The translations under genes and the position numbers were made by a program. Shown here in pieces: positions 31,680 to 46,600 of a stretch of 64,000 nucleotides of DNA. The first letter of the stretch is position 1; every line of letters starts with the position of its first letter. The notes under the pieces are model-generated. The model was not told where the DNA came from. It made no database searches and worked only from the letters and a program-made list of their open reading frames with translations. The stretch is from Eledone cirrhosa (lineage: Eukaryota): assembly GCA_964016885.1 (NCBI GenBank), contig OZ024740.1:438464001-438528000 (forward strand), read 5' to 3'.

Positions 31680-34600
31680 CCTTAATAGAACATACCTTTA
31701 TAGAACATACCTTTATAGAACACACCTTAATAGAACATGCCTTTATAGAACAGACCTTTATAGAACATATCTTTATAGTACATACCTTTATAGAACATAC
31801 CTTTATAGAACATACCTTTATAGAACATACCTTTATAGTACATACTTAATAGAACATACCTTTAGAGAACAGACCTTAATAGAACACATCTTTATAGAAC
31901 ACACCTTTATAGAACATAGCTTAATAGAACATACCTTTATAGAACAGACCTTTATAGAACATACCTTCATAGAACATACCTTTATAGTACAAACCTTTAT
32001 AGTACATACCTTTATAGTACATACCTTTATAGAATATAACTTTATAGAACAGACCTTTATAGAACACACCTTTATAGAACATACCTTTATAGAACATAAT
32101 TTAATAGAACATGCCTTTATAGAACAGATCTTTATAGAACATACCTTTATAGTTATTACCTTTATAGAACACACCTTTATAGAACATACCTTTATAGAAC
32201 ATACCTTTATAGAACAGACCTTTATAGAACATACTTTAATAGAACATGCCTTTATAGAACAGACCTTTATCGAACATACTTTTATAGAACATACCTTTAT
32301 AGAACATAACTTTATAGAATATACCTTTATAGAACATAGCTTTATAGAACACACCTTTATAGAACATACCTTTATAGAACATACCTTTATAGAACATACC
32401 TTTATAGAACACACCTTTATAGAACAGACCTTTATAGAATATACCTTCATAGAACACACCTTTATAGAACATACCTTTATAGAACATACCTTTATAGAAC
32501 ATAACTTTATAGAACACACCTTTATAGAACAGACCTTTATAGAACATACCTTTATAGAACACACCTTTATAGAACATACCTTTATAGAACAGACCTTTAT
32601 ACAACACACCTTTATAGAACATACCTTTATAGAACACACCTTTATAGAACATACCTTTACAGAATAGACCTTTATAGAACATACCTTTATAGAACAGACC
32701 TTTATAGAACATACCTTTATAGAACATACTTTAATAGAACATGCCTTTATAGAACAGACCTTTATAGAACATACCTTTATAGAAAATACCTTTATAGTAC
32801 CTACCTTTATAGAACATACCTTTATAGAAAATACCTTTATAGAACATACCTTTATAGAACATACCTTTATAGAAAATAGCTTTATAGTACATACCTTAAT
32901 AGAACATACCTTTATAGAACATACCTTTATAGAAAATACCTTTATAGAACATACCTTTAGAGAATATACCATTATAGAACAGACCTTTATAGAACATACC
33001 TTTATAGTACATACCTTTATAGTTACTAACTTTATAGAACATACCTTTATAGAAAATACCTTTATAGAACAGACCTTTATAGAAATACCTTTATAGTACA
33101 TACCTTTATAGAAGATACCTTTATAGAAAATACCTTTATAGAACATACCTTTATAGAACATACCTTTATAGAAAATAACTTTATAGTACATACCTTTATA
33201 GAACATACCTTTATAGAAAATACCTTTATAGTACATACCTTTATAGAACATACCTTTATAGAAAACACCTTTATAGTACATACCTTAATAGAACATACCT
33301 TTATAGAACATACCTTTATAGAAAATACCTTTATAGTACATACCTTTATAGAACATACCTTTATAGAAAATACCTTTATAGAACATACCTTTAGAGAATA
33401 TACCATTATAGAAAATACCTTTATAGAACATACCTTTATAGAACATACCTTTATAGAACACACCTAAATAGAACACACCTTTATAGAATAGAGCTTTATA
33501 GAACATACCTTTATAGAACATACCTTTATAGAACAGACCTTTATAGAACATACCTTTATAGTACATACCTTTATAGTACATACCTTTATAGTTACTAAAT
33601 TTATAGAACATACCTTTATAGAAAATACCTTTATAGAACAGACCTTTATAGAAATACCTTTATAGTACATACCTTTATAGAACATACCTTTATAGAAAAT
33701 ACCTTTATAGAACATACCTTTATAGAACACACCTTTATAGTACATACCTTAATAGAACATACCTTTATAGAACATACCTTTATAGAACACACCTTAATAG
33801 GACATGCCTTTATAGAACAGACCTTTATAGAACATATCTTTATAGTACATACCTTTATAGAACATACCTTTATAGAACATACCTTTATAGAACATACCTT
33901 TATAGTACATACTTAATAGAACATACCTTTAGAGAACAGACCTTAATAGAACACATCTTTATAGAACACACCTTTATAGAACATAGCTTAATAGAACATA
34001 CCTTTATAGAACAGACCTTTATAGAACATACCTTCATAGAACATACCTTTATAGTACAAACCTTTATAGTACATACCTTTATAGTACATACCTTTATAGA
34101 ATATACCTTTATAGAACAGACCTTTATAGAACACACCTTTATAGAACATAACTTTATAGAACATAATTTAATAGAACATGCCTTTATAGAACAGATCTTT
34201 ATAGAACATACCTTTATAGTTATTACCTTTATAGAACACACCTTTATAGAACATACCTTTATAGAACATACCTTTATAGAACAGATCTTTATAGAACATA
34301 CTTTAATAGAACATGCCTTTATAGAACAGACCTTTATCGAACATACTTTTATAGAACATACCTTTATAGAACATACCTTTATAGAATATACCTTTATAGA
34401 ACATAGCGTTATAGAACACACCTTTATAGAACATACCTTTATAAAACATACCTTTATAGAACATACCTTTATAGAACATACCTTTATAGAACATACCTTT
34501 ATAGAACACACCTTTATAGAACAGACCTTTATAGAATATACCTTCATAGAACACACCTTTATAGAACATACCTTTATAGAACATACCTTTATAGAACATA

Positions 34601-34900
34601 ACTTTATAGAACACACCTTTATAGAACAGACCTTTATAGAACATACCTTTATAGAACACACCTTTATAGAACATACCTTTATAGAACAGACCTTTATACA
34701 ACACACCTTTATAGAACATACCTTTATAGAACACACCTTTATAGAACATACCTTTACAGAATAGACCTTTATAGAACATACCTTTATAGAACAGACCTTT
34801 ATAGAACATACCTTTATAGAACATACTTTAATAGAACATGCCTTTATAGAACAGACCTTTATAGAACAGACCTTTATAGAAATACCTTTATAGTACATAC
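31680..34900. repeat. Related blocks with 2,067-bp offset
   Basis: The private 14-bp CATACTTAAT monomer occurs near 31841 and 33908, and TCGA at 32270 and 34337. ORF pairs 31833/33900 and 32236/34303 are offset by 2067. Confidence 0.8.
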
Positions 34901-36719
34901 CTTTATAGAACATACCTTTATAGAAAATACCTTTATAGTACCTACCTTTATAGAACATACCTTTATAGAAAATACCTTTATAGAACATAGCTTTATAGAA
35001 CATACCTTTATAGAAAATAGCTTTATAGTACATACCTTAATAGAACATACCTTTATAGAACATACCTTTATAGAAAACACCTTTATAGTACATACCTTAA
35101 TAGAACATACCTTTATAGAACATACCTTTATAGAAAATACCTTTATAGTACATACCTTTATAGAACATACCTTTATAGAAAATACCTTTATAGAACATAC
35201 CTTTAGAGAATATACCATTATAGAAAATACCTTTATAGAACATACCTTTATAGAACATACCTTTATAGAACACACCTAAATAGAACACACCTTTATAGAA
35301 TAGAGCTTTATTGAACATACCTTTATAGAACATACCTTTATAGAACAGACCTTTATAGAACATACCTTTATAGTACATACCTTTATAGTACATACCTTTA
35401 TAGTTAATAACTTTATAGAACATACCTTTATAGAAAATACCTTTATAGAACAGACCTTTATAGAAATACCTTTATAGTACATACCTTTATAGAACATACC
35501 TTTATAGAAAATACCTTTATAGAACATACCTTTATAGAACATACCTTTATAGAAAATACCTTTATAGTACATACCTTTATAGAACAAACCTTTATAGAAA
35601 ATACCTTTATAGTACATACCTTTATAGAACATACCTTTATAGAAAATACCTTCATAGAACATACCTTTAGAGAATATACCATTATAGAACAGACCTTTAT
35701 AGAACATACCTTTATAGAACATACCTTTATAGAACACACCTTAATAGAACACACCTTTATAGAATAGAGCTTTATAGAACATACCTTTATAGAACATACC
35801 TTAATAGAACATGCCTTTATAGAACAGACCTTTATAGAACACACCTTTATAGAACACACCTTTATAGAACATACCTCTATATAACATACCTTAATAGAAC
35901 ACACCTTTATAGAACACACCTTTATAGAACACACCTTTATAGAACACACCTTTATAGAACATACCTTAATAGATCATACCTTTAGAGTTATTACCTTTAT
36001 AGAACAGACCTTAATAGAACATACCTTTATAGAAAACACCTTTATAGTACATACCTTAATAGAACATACCTTTATAGAACATACCTTTATAGAACACACC
36101 TTAATAGAACATGCCTTTATAGAACAGACCTTTATAGAACATACCTTTATAGTACATACCTTTATAGAACATACCTTTATAGAACATACCTTTATAGAAC
36201 ATACCTTTATAGTACATACCTTAATAGAACATACCTTTAGAGAACAGACCTTAATAGAACACATCTTTATAGAACACACCTTTATAGAACATAGCTTAAT
36301 AGAACATACCTTTATAGAACAGACCTTTATAGAACATACCTTCATAGAACATACCTTTATAGTACAAACCTTTATAGTACATACCTTTATAGTACATACC
36401 TTTATAGAATATACCTTTATAGAACAGACCTTTATAGAACACACCTTTATAGAACATACCTTTATAGAACATACTTTAATAGAACATGCCTTTATAGAAC
36501 AGATCTTTATAGAACATACCTTTATAGTTATTACCTTTATAGAACACACCTTTATAGAACATACCTTTATAGAACATACCTTTATAGAACAGACCTTTAT
36601 AGAACATACCTTTATAGAACATACCTTTATAGAACATACCTTTATAGAACACACCTTTATAGAACAGACCTTTATAGAATATACCTTCATAGAACACACC
36701 TTTATAGAACATACCTTTA

Positions 36720-39700
36720 TAGAACATACCTTTATAGAACATAACTTTATAGAACACACCTTTATAGAACAGACCTTTATAGAACATACCTTTATAGAAC
36801 ACACCTTTATAGAACATACCTTTATAGAACAGACCTTTATACAACACACCTTTATAGAACATACCTTTATAGAACACACCTTTATAGAACATACCTTTAC
36901 AGAATAGACCTTTATAGAACATACCTTTATAGAACAGACCTTTATAGAACATACCTTTATAGAACATACTTTAATAGAACATGCCTTTATAGAACAGACC
37001 TTTATAGAACAGACCTTTATAGAAATACCTTTATAGTACATACCTTTATAGAACATACCTTTATAGAAAATACCTTTATAGTACCTACCTTTATAGAACA
37101 TACCTTTATAGAAAATACCTTTATAGAACATACCTTTATAGAACATACCTTTATAGAAAATAGCTTTATAGTTACTAACTTTATAGAACATACCTTTATA
37201 GAAAATACCTTTATAGAACAGACCTTTATAGAAATACCTTTATAGTACATACCTTTATAGAAGATACCTTTATAGAAAATACCTTTATAGAACATACCTT
37301 TATAGAACATACCTTTATAGAAAATAACTTTATAGTACATACCTTTATAGAACATACCTTTATAGAAAATACCTTTATAGTACATACCTTTATAGAACAT
37401 ACCTTTATAGAAAACACCTTTATAGTACATACCTTAATAGAACATACCATTATAGAACATACCTTTATAGAAAATACCTTTATAGTACATACCTTTATAG
37501 AACATACCTTTATAGAAAATACCTTTATAGAACATACCTTTAGAGAATATACCATTATAGAAAATACCTTTATAGAACATACCTTTATAGAACATACCTT
37601 TATAGAACACACCTAAATAGAACACACCTTTATAGAATAGAGCTTTATTGAACATACCTTTATAGAACATACCTTTATAGAACAGACCTTTATAGAACAT
37701 ACCTTTATAGTACATACCTTTATAGTACATACCTTTATAGTTACTAACTTTATAGAACATACCTTTATAGAAAATATCTTTATAGAACAGACCTTTATAG
37801 AAATACCTTTATAGTACATACCTTTATAGAACATACCTTTATAGAAAATACCTTTATAGAACATACCTTTATAGAACATACCTTTATAGAAAATACCTTT
37901 ATAGTACATACCTTTATAGAACATACCTTTATAGAAAATACCTTTATAGTACATACCTTTATAGAACATACCTTTATAGAAAATACCTTTATAGAACATA
38001 CCTTTAGAGAATATACCATTATAGAACAGACCTTTATAGAACATACCTTTATAGAACATACCTTTATAGAACACACCTTAATAGAACACACCTTTATAGA
38101 ATAGAGCTTTATAGAACATACCTTTATAGAACATACCTTAATAGAACATGCCTTTATAGAACAGACCTTTATAGAACACACCTTTATAGAACACACCATA
38201 TAGAACATACCTCTATATAACATACCTTAATAGAACACACCTTTATAGAACACACCTTTATAGAACACACCTTTATAGAACACACCTTTATAGAACATAC
38301 CTTAATAGATCATACCTTTAGAGTTATTACCTTTATAGAACAGACCTTTATAGAACATACCTTTATAGAACACACCTTTATTGTACATACCTTAATAGAA
38401 CATACCTTTATAGAACATACCTTTATAGAACACACCTTAATAGAACATGCCTTTATAGAACAGACCTTTATAGAACATACCTTTATAGTACATACCTTTA
38501 TAGAACATACCTTTATAGAACATACCTTTATAGAACATACCTTTATAGTACATACCTTAATAGAACATACCTTTATAGAACATAACTTTATAGAACACAC
38601 CTTTATAGAACAGACCTTTATAGAACATACCTTTATAGAACACACCTTTATAGAACATACCTTTATAGAACAGACCTTTATACAACACACCTTTATAGAA
38701 CATACCTTTATAGAACACACCTTTATAGAACATACCTTTACAGAATAGACCTTTATAGAACATACCTTTATAGAACAGACCTTTATAGAACATACCTTTA
38801 TAGAACATACTTTAATAGAACATGCCTTTATAGAACAGACCTTTATAGAACAGACCTTTATAGAAATACCTTTATAGTACATACCTTTATAGAACATACC
38901 TTTATAGAAAATACCTTTATAGTACCTACCTTTATAGAACATACCTTTATAGAAAATACCTTTATAGAACATACCTTTATAGAACATACCTTTATAGAAA
39001 ATAGCTTTATAGTTACTAACTTTATAGAACATACCTTTATAGAAAATACCTTTATAGAACAGACCTTTATAGAAATACCTTTATAGTACATACCTTTATA
39101 GAAGATACCTTTATAGAAAATACCTTTATAGAACATACCTTTATAGAACATACCTTTATAGAAAATAACTTTATAGTACATACCTTTATAGAACATACCT
39201 TTATAGAAAATACCTTTATAGTACATACCTTTATAGAACATACCTTTATAGAAAACACCTTTATAGTACATACCTTAATAGAACATACCTTTATAGAACA
39301 TACCTTTATAGAAAATACCTTTATAGTACATACCTTTATAGAACATACCTTTATAGAAAATACCTTTATAGAACATACCTTTAGAGAATATACCATTATA
39401 GAAAATACCTTTATAGAACATACCTTTATAGAACATACCTTTATAGAACACACCTAAATAGAACACACCTTTATAGAATAGAGCTTTATTGAACATACCT
39501 TTATAGAACATACCTTTATAGAACAGACCTTTATAGAACATACCTTTATAGTACATACCTTTATAGTACATACCTTTATAGTTACTAACTTTATAGAACA
39601 TACCTTTATAGAAAATAACTTTATAGAACAGACCTTTATAGAAATACCTTTATAGTACATACCTTTATAGAACATACCTTTATAGAAAATACCTTTATAG

Positions 39701-40400
39701 AACATACCTTTATAGAACATGCCTTTATAGAAAATACCTTTATAGTACATACCTTTATAGAACATACCTTTATAGAAAATACCTTTATAGTACATACCTT
39801 TATAGAACATACCTTTATAGAAAATACCTTTATAGAACATACCTTTAGAGAATATACCATTATAGAACAGACCTTTATAGAACATACCTTTATAGAACAT
39901 ACCTTTATAGAACACACCTTAATAGAACACACCTTTATAGAATAGAGCTTTATAGAACATACCTTTATAGAACATACCTTAATAGAACATGCCTTTATAG
40001 AACAGACCTTTATAGAACACACCTTTATAGAACACACCATATAGAACATACCTCTATATAACATACCTTAATAGAACACACCTTTATAGAACACACCTTT
40101 ATAGAACACACCTTTATAGAACACACCTTTATAGAACATACCTTAATAGATCATACCTTTAGAGTTATTACCTTTATAGAACAGACCTTTATAGAACATA
40201 CCTTTATAGAACACACCTTTATTGTACATACCTTAATAGAACATACCTTTATAGAACATACCTTTATAGAACACACCTTAATAGAACATGCCTTTATAGA
40301 ACAGACCTTTATAGAACATACCTTTATAGTACATACCTTTATAGAACATACCTTTATAGAACATACCTTTATAGAACATACCTTTATAGTACATACCTTA
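36720..40400. repeat. Tandem duplication with 1,841-bp period (123 monomers including four 14-mers)
   Basis: ORF pairs 37017/38858, 37226/39067, 37434/39275, 37613/39454, 37795/39636 and 38310/40151 are all offset by 1841. Private markers are the CACCATATAG 14-mer near 38194/40035 and TTATTGTAC near 38378/40219. Confidence 0.9.
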
Positions 40401-43400
40401 ATAGAACATACCTTTAGAGAACAGACCTTAATAGAACACATCTTTATAGAACACACCTTTATAGAACATAGCTTAATAGAACATACCTTTATAGAACAGA
40501 CCTTTATAGAACATACCTTCATAGAACATACCTTTATAGTACAAACCTTTATAGTACATACCTTTATAGTACATACCTTTATAGAATATACCTTTATAGA
40601 ACAGACCTTTATAGAACACACCTTTATAGAACATACCTTTATAGAACATACTTTAATAGAACATGCCTTTATAGAACAGATCTTTATAGAACATACCTTT
40701 ATAGTTATTACCTTTATAGAACACACCTTTATAGAACATACCTTTATAGAACATACCTTTATAGAACAGACCTTTATAGAACATACTTTAATAGAACATG
40801 CCTTTATAGAACAGACCTTTATCGAACATACTTTTATAGAACATACCTTTATAGAACATACCTTTATAGAATATACCTTTATAGAACATAGCTTTATAGA
40901 ACACACCTTTATAGAACATACCTTTATAGAACATACCTTTATAGAACATACCTTTATAGAACATACCTTTATAGAACATACCTTTATAGAACACACCTTT
41001 ATAGAACAGACCTTTATAGAATATACCTTCATAGAACACACCTTTATAGAACATACCTTTATAGAACATACCTTTATAGAACATAACTTTATAGAACACA
41101 CCTTTATAGAACAGACCTTTATAGAACATACCTTTATAGAACACACCTTTATAGAACATACCTTTATAGAACAGATCTTTATACAACACACCTTTATAGA
41201 ACATACCTTTATAGAACACACCTTTATAGAACATACCTTTACAGAATAGACCTTTATAGAACATACCTTTATAGAACAGACCTTTATAGAACATACCTTT
41301 ATAGAACATACTTTAATAGCACATGCCTTTATAGAACAGACCTTTATAGAACAGACCTTTATAGAAATACCTTTATAGTACATACCTTTATAGAACATAC
41401 CTTTATAGAAAATACCTTTATAGTACCTACCTTTATAGAACATACCTTTATAGAAAATACCTTTATAGAACATACCTTTATAGAACATACCTTTATAGAA
41501 AATAGCTTTATAGTACATACCTTAATAGAACATACATTTATAGAACATACCTTTATAGAAACTACCTTTATAGAACATACCTTTAGAGAATATACCATTA
41601 TAGAACAGACCTTTATAGAACATACCTTTATAGTACATACCTTTATAGTTACTAACTTTATAGAACATACCTTTATAGAAAATACCTTTATAGAACAGAC
41701 CTTTATAGAAATACCTTTATAGTACATACCTTTATAGAAGATACCTTTATAGAAAATACCTTTATAGAACATACCTTTATAGAACATACCTTTATATAAA
41801 ATAACTTTATAGTACATACCTTTATAGAACATACCTTTATAGAAAATACCTTTATAGTACATACCTTTATAGAACATACCTTTATAGAAAACACCTTTAT
41901 AGTACATACCTTTAGAGAATATACCATTATAGAAAATACCTTTATAGAACATACCTTTATAGAACATACCTTTATAGAACACACCTTAATAGAACACACC
42001 TTTATAGAATAGAGCTTTATAGAACATACCTTTATAGAACATACCTTTATAGAACAGACCTTTATAGAACATACCTTTATAGTACATACCTTTATAGTAC
42101 ATACCTTTATAGTTACTAACTTTATAGAACATACCTTTATAGAAAATACCTTTATAGAACAGACCTTTATAGAAATACCTTTATAGTACATACCTTTATA
42201 GAACATACCTTTATAGAAAATACCTTTATAGAACATACCTTTATAGAACATACATTTATAGAAAATACCTTTATAGTACATACCTTTATAGAACATACCT
42301 TTAGAGAAAATACCTTTATAGTACATACCTTTATAGAACATACCTTTATAGAAAACACCTTTATAGTACATACCTTAATAGAACATACCTTTATAGAACA
42401 TACCTTTATAGAAAATACCTTTATAGTACATACCTTTATAGAACATACCTTTATAGAAATACCTTTATAGAACATACCTTTAGAGAATATAGCATTATAG
42501 AACATACCTTTATAGAACATACCTTTATAGAACATACCTTTATAGAACACACCTTAATAGAACACACCTTTATAGAATAGAGCTTTATAGAACATACCTT
42601 TATAGAACATACCTTTATAGAACAGACCTTTATAGAACATACCTTTATAGTACATACCTTTATAGTACATACCTTTATAGTTACTAACTTTATAGAACAT
42701 ACCTTTATAGAAAATACCTTTATAGAACAGACCTTTATAGAAATACCTTTATAGTACCTACCTTTATAGAACATACCTTTATAGAAAATACCTTTATAGA
42801 ACATACCTTTATAGAACATACCTTTATAGAAAATAGCTTTATAGTACATACCTTAATAGAACATACCTTTATAGAACATACCTTTATAGAAAATACCTTT
42901 ATAGAACATACCTTTAGAGAATATACCATTATAGAACAGACCTTTATAGAACATACCTTTATAGTTACTAACTTTATAGAACATACCTTTATAGAAATTA
43001 CCTTTATAGAACAGACCTTTATAGAAATACCTTTATAGTACATACCTTTATAGAAGATACCTTTATAGAAAATACCTTTATAGAACATACCTTTATAGAA
43101 CATACCTTTATAGAAAATAACTTTATAGTACATACCTTTATAGAACATACCTTTATAGAAAATACCTTTATAGTACATACCTTTATAGAACATACCTTTA
43201 TAGAAAACACCTTTATAGTACATACCTTAATAGAACATACCTTTATAGAACATACCTTTATAGAAAATACCTTTATAGTACATACCTTTATAGAACATAC
43301 CTTTATAGAAAATACCTTTATAGAACATACCTTTATAGAACATACCTTTATAGAACACACCTAAATAGAACACACCTTTATAGAATAGAGCTTTATAGAA

Positions 43401-43679
43401 CATACCTTTATAGAACATACCTTTATAGAACAGACCTTTATAGAACATACCTTTATAGTACATACCTTTATAGTACATACCTTTATAGTTACTAACTTTA
43501 TAGAACATACCTTTATAGAAAATACCTTTATAGAACAGACCTTTATAGAAATACCTTTATAGTACATACCTTTATAGAACATACCTTTATAGAAAATACC
43601 TTTATAGAACATACCTTTATAGAACATACCTTTATAGAAAATACCTTTATAATACATACCTTTATAGAACATACCTTTA

Positions 43680-46600
43680 TAGAAAATACCTTTATAGTAC
43701 ATACCTTTATAGAACATACCTTTATAGAAAATACCTTTATAGAACATACCTTTAGAGAATATACCATTATAGAACAGACCTTTATAGAACATACCTTTAT
43801 AGAACATACCTTTATAGAACACACCTTAATAGAACACACCTTTATAGAATAGAGCTTTATAGAACATACCTTTATAGAACATACCTTAATAGAACATGCC
43901 TTTATAGAACAGACCTTTATAGAACACACCTTTATAGAACACACCTTTATAGAACATACCTCTATATAACATACCTTAATAGAACACACCTTTATAGAAC
44001 ACACCTTTATAGAACACACCTTTATAGAACACACCTTTATAGAACATACCTTAATAGATAATACCTTTAGAGTTATTACCTTTATAGAACAGACCTTTAT
44101 AGAACATACCTTTATAGAACACACCTTTATAGTACATACCTTAATAGAACATACCTTTATAGAACATACCTTTATAGAACACACCTTAATAGAACATGCC
44201 TTTATAGAACAGACCTTTATAGAACATACCTTTATAGTACATACCTTTATAGAACATACCTTTATAGAACATACCTTTATAGAACATACCTTTATAGTAC
44301 ATACCTTAATAGAACATACCTTTAGAGAACAGACCTTAATAGAACACATCTTTATAGAACACACCTTTATAGAACATAGCTTAATAGAACATACCTTTAT
44401 AGAACAGACCTTTATAGAACATACCTTCATAGAACATACCTTTATAGTACAAACCTTTATAGTACATACCTTTATAGTACATACCTTTATAGAATATACC
44501 TTTATAGAACAGACCTTTATAGAACACACCTTTATAGAACATACCTTTATAGAACATACTTTAATAGAACATGCCTTTATAGAACAGATCTTTATAGAAC
44601 ATACCTTTATAGAACATACCTTTATAGAACAGACCTTTATAGAACATACTTTAATAGAACATGCCTTCATAGAACAGACCTTTATCGAACATACTTTTAT
44701 AGAACATACCTTTATAGAACATACCTTTATAGAATATACCTTTATAGAACATAGCTTTATAGAACACACCTTTATAGAACATACCTTTATAGAACATACC
44801 TTTATAGAACATACCTTTATAGAACATACCTTTATAGAACATACCTTTATAGAACACACCTTTATAGAACAGACCTTTATAGAATATACCTTCATAGAAC
44901 ACACCTTTATAGAACATACCTTTATAGAACATACCTTTATAGAACATAACTTTATAGAACACACCTTTATAGAACAGACCTTTATAGAACATACCTTTAT
45001 AGAACACACCTTTATAGAACATACCTTTATAGAACAGACCTTTATACAACACACCTTTATAGAACATACCTTTATAGAACACACCTTTATAGAACATACC
45101 TTTACAGAATAGACCTTTATAGAACATACCTTTATAGAACAGACCTTTATAGAACATACCTTTATAGAACATACTTTAATAGAACATGCCTTTATAGAAC
45201 AGACCTTTATAGAACAGACCTTTATAGAAATACCTTTATAGTACATACCTTTATAGAACATACCTTTATAGAAAATACCTTTATAGTACCTACCTTTATA
45301 GAACATACCTTTATAGAAAATACCTTTATAGAACATACCTTTATAGAACATACCTTTATAGAAAATAGCTTTATAGTACATACCTTAATAGAACATACCT
45401 TTATAGAACATACCTTTATAGAAAATACCTTTATAGAACATACCTTTAGAGAATATACCATTATAGAACAGACCTTTATAGACCATACCTTTATAGTACA
45501 TACCTTTATAGTTACTAACTTTATAGAACATACCTTTATAGAAAATACCTTTATAGAACAGACCTTTATAGAAATACCTTTATAGTACATACCTTTATAG
45601 AAGATACCTTTATAGAAAATACCTTTATAGAACATACCTTTATAGAACATACCTTTATAGAAAATAACTTTATAGTACATAACTTTATAGAACATACCTT
45701 TATAGAAAATACCTTTATAGTACATACCTTTATAGAACATACCTTTATAGAAAACACCTTTATAGTACATACCTTAATAGAACATACCTTTATAGAACAT
45801 ACCTTTATAGAAAATACCTTTATAGTACATACCTTTATAGAACATACCTTTATAGAAAATACCTTTATAGAACATACCTTTAGAGAATATACCATTATAG
45901 AAAATACCTTTATAGAACATACCTTTATAGAACATACCTTTATAGAACACACCTTAATAGAACACACCTTTATAGAATAGAGCTTTATAGAACATACCTT
46001 TATAGAACATACCTTTATAGAACATACCTTTATAGAACACACCTAAATAGAACACACCTTTATAGAATAGAGCTTTATAGAACATACCTTTATAGAACAT
46101 ACCTTTATAGAACAGACCTTTATAGAACATACCTTTATAGTACATACATTTATAGTACATACCTTTATAGTTACTAACTTTATAGAACATACCTTTATAG
46201 AAAATACCTTTATAGAACAGACCTTTATAGAAATACCTTTATAGTACATACCTTTATAGAACATACCTTTATAGAAAATACCTTTATAGAACATACCTTT
46301 ATAGAACATACCTTTATAGAAAATACCTTTATAGTACATACCTTTATAGAACATACCTTTATAGAAAATACCTTTATAGTACATACCTTTATAGAACATA
46401 CCTTTATAGAAAATACCTTTATAGAACATACCTTTAGAGAATATACCATTATAGAACAGACCTTTATAGAACATACCTTTATAGAACATACCTTTATAGA
46501 ACACACCTTAATAGAACACACCTTTATAGAATAGAGCTTTATAGAACATACCTTTATAGAACATACCTTAATAGAACATGCCTTTATAGAACAGACCTTT

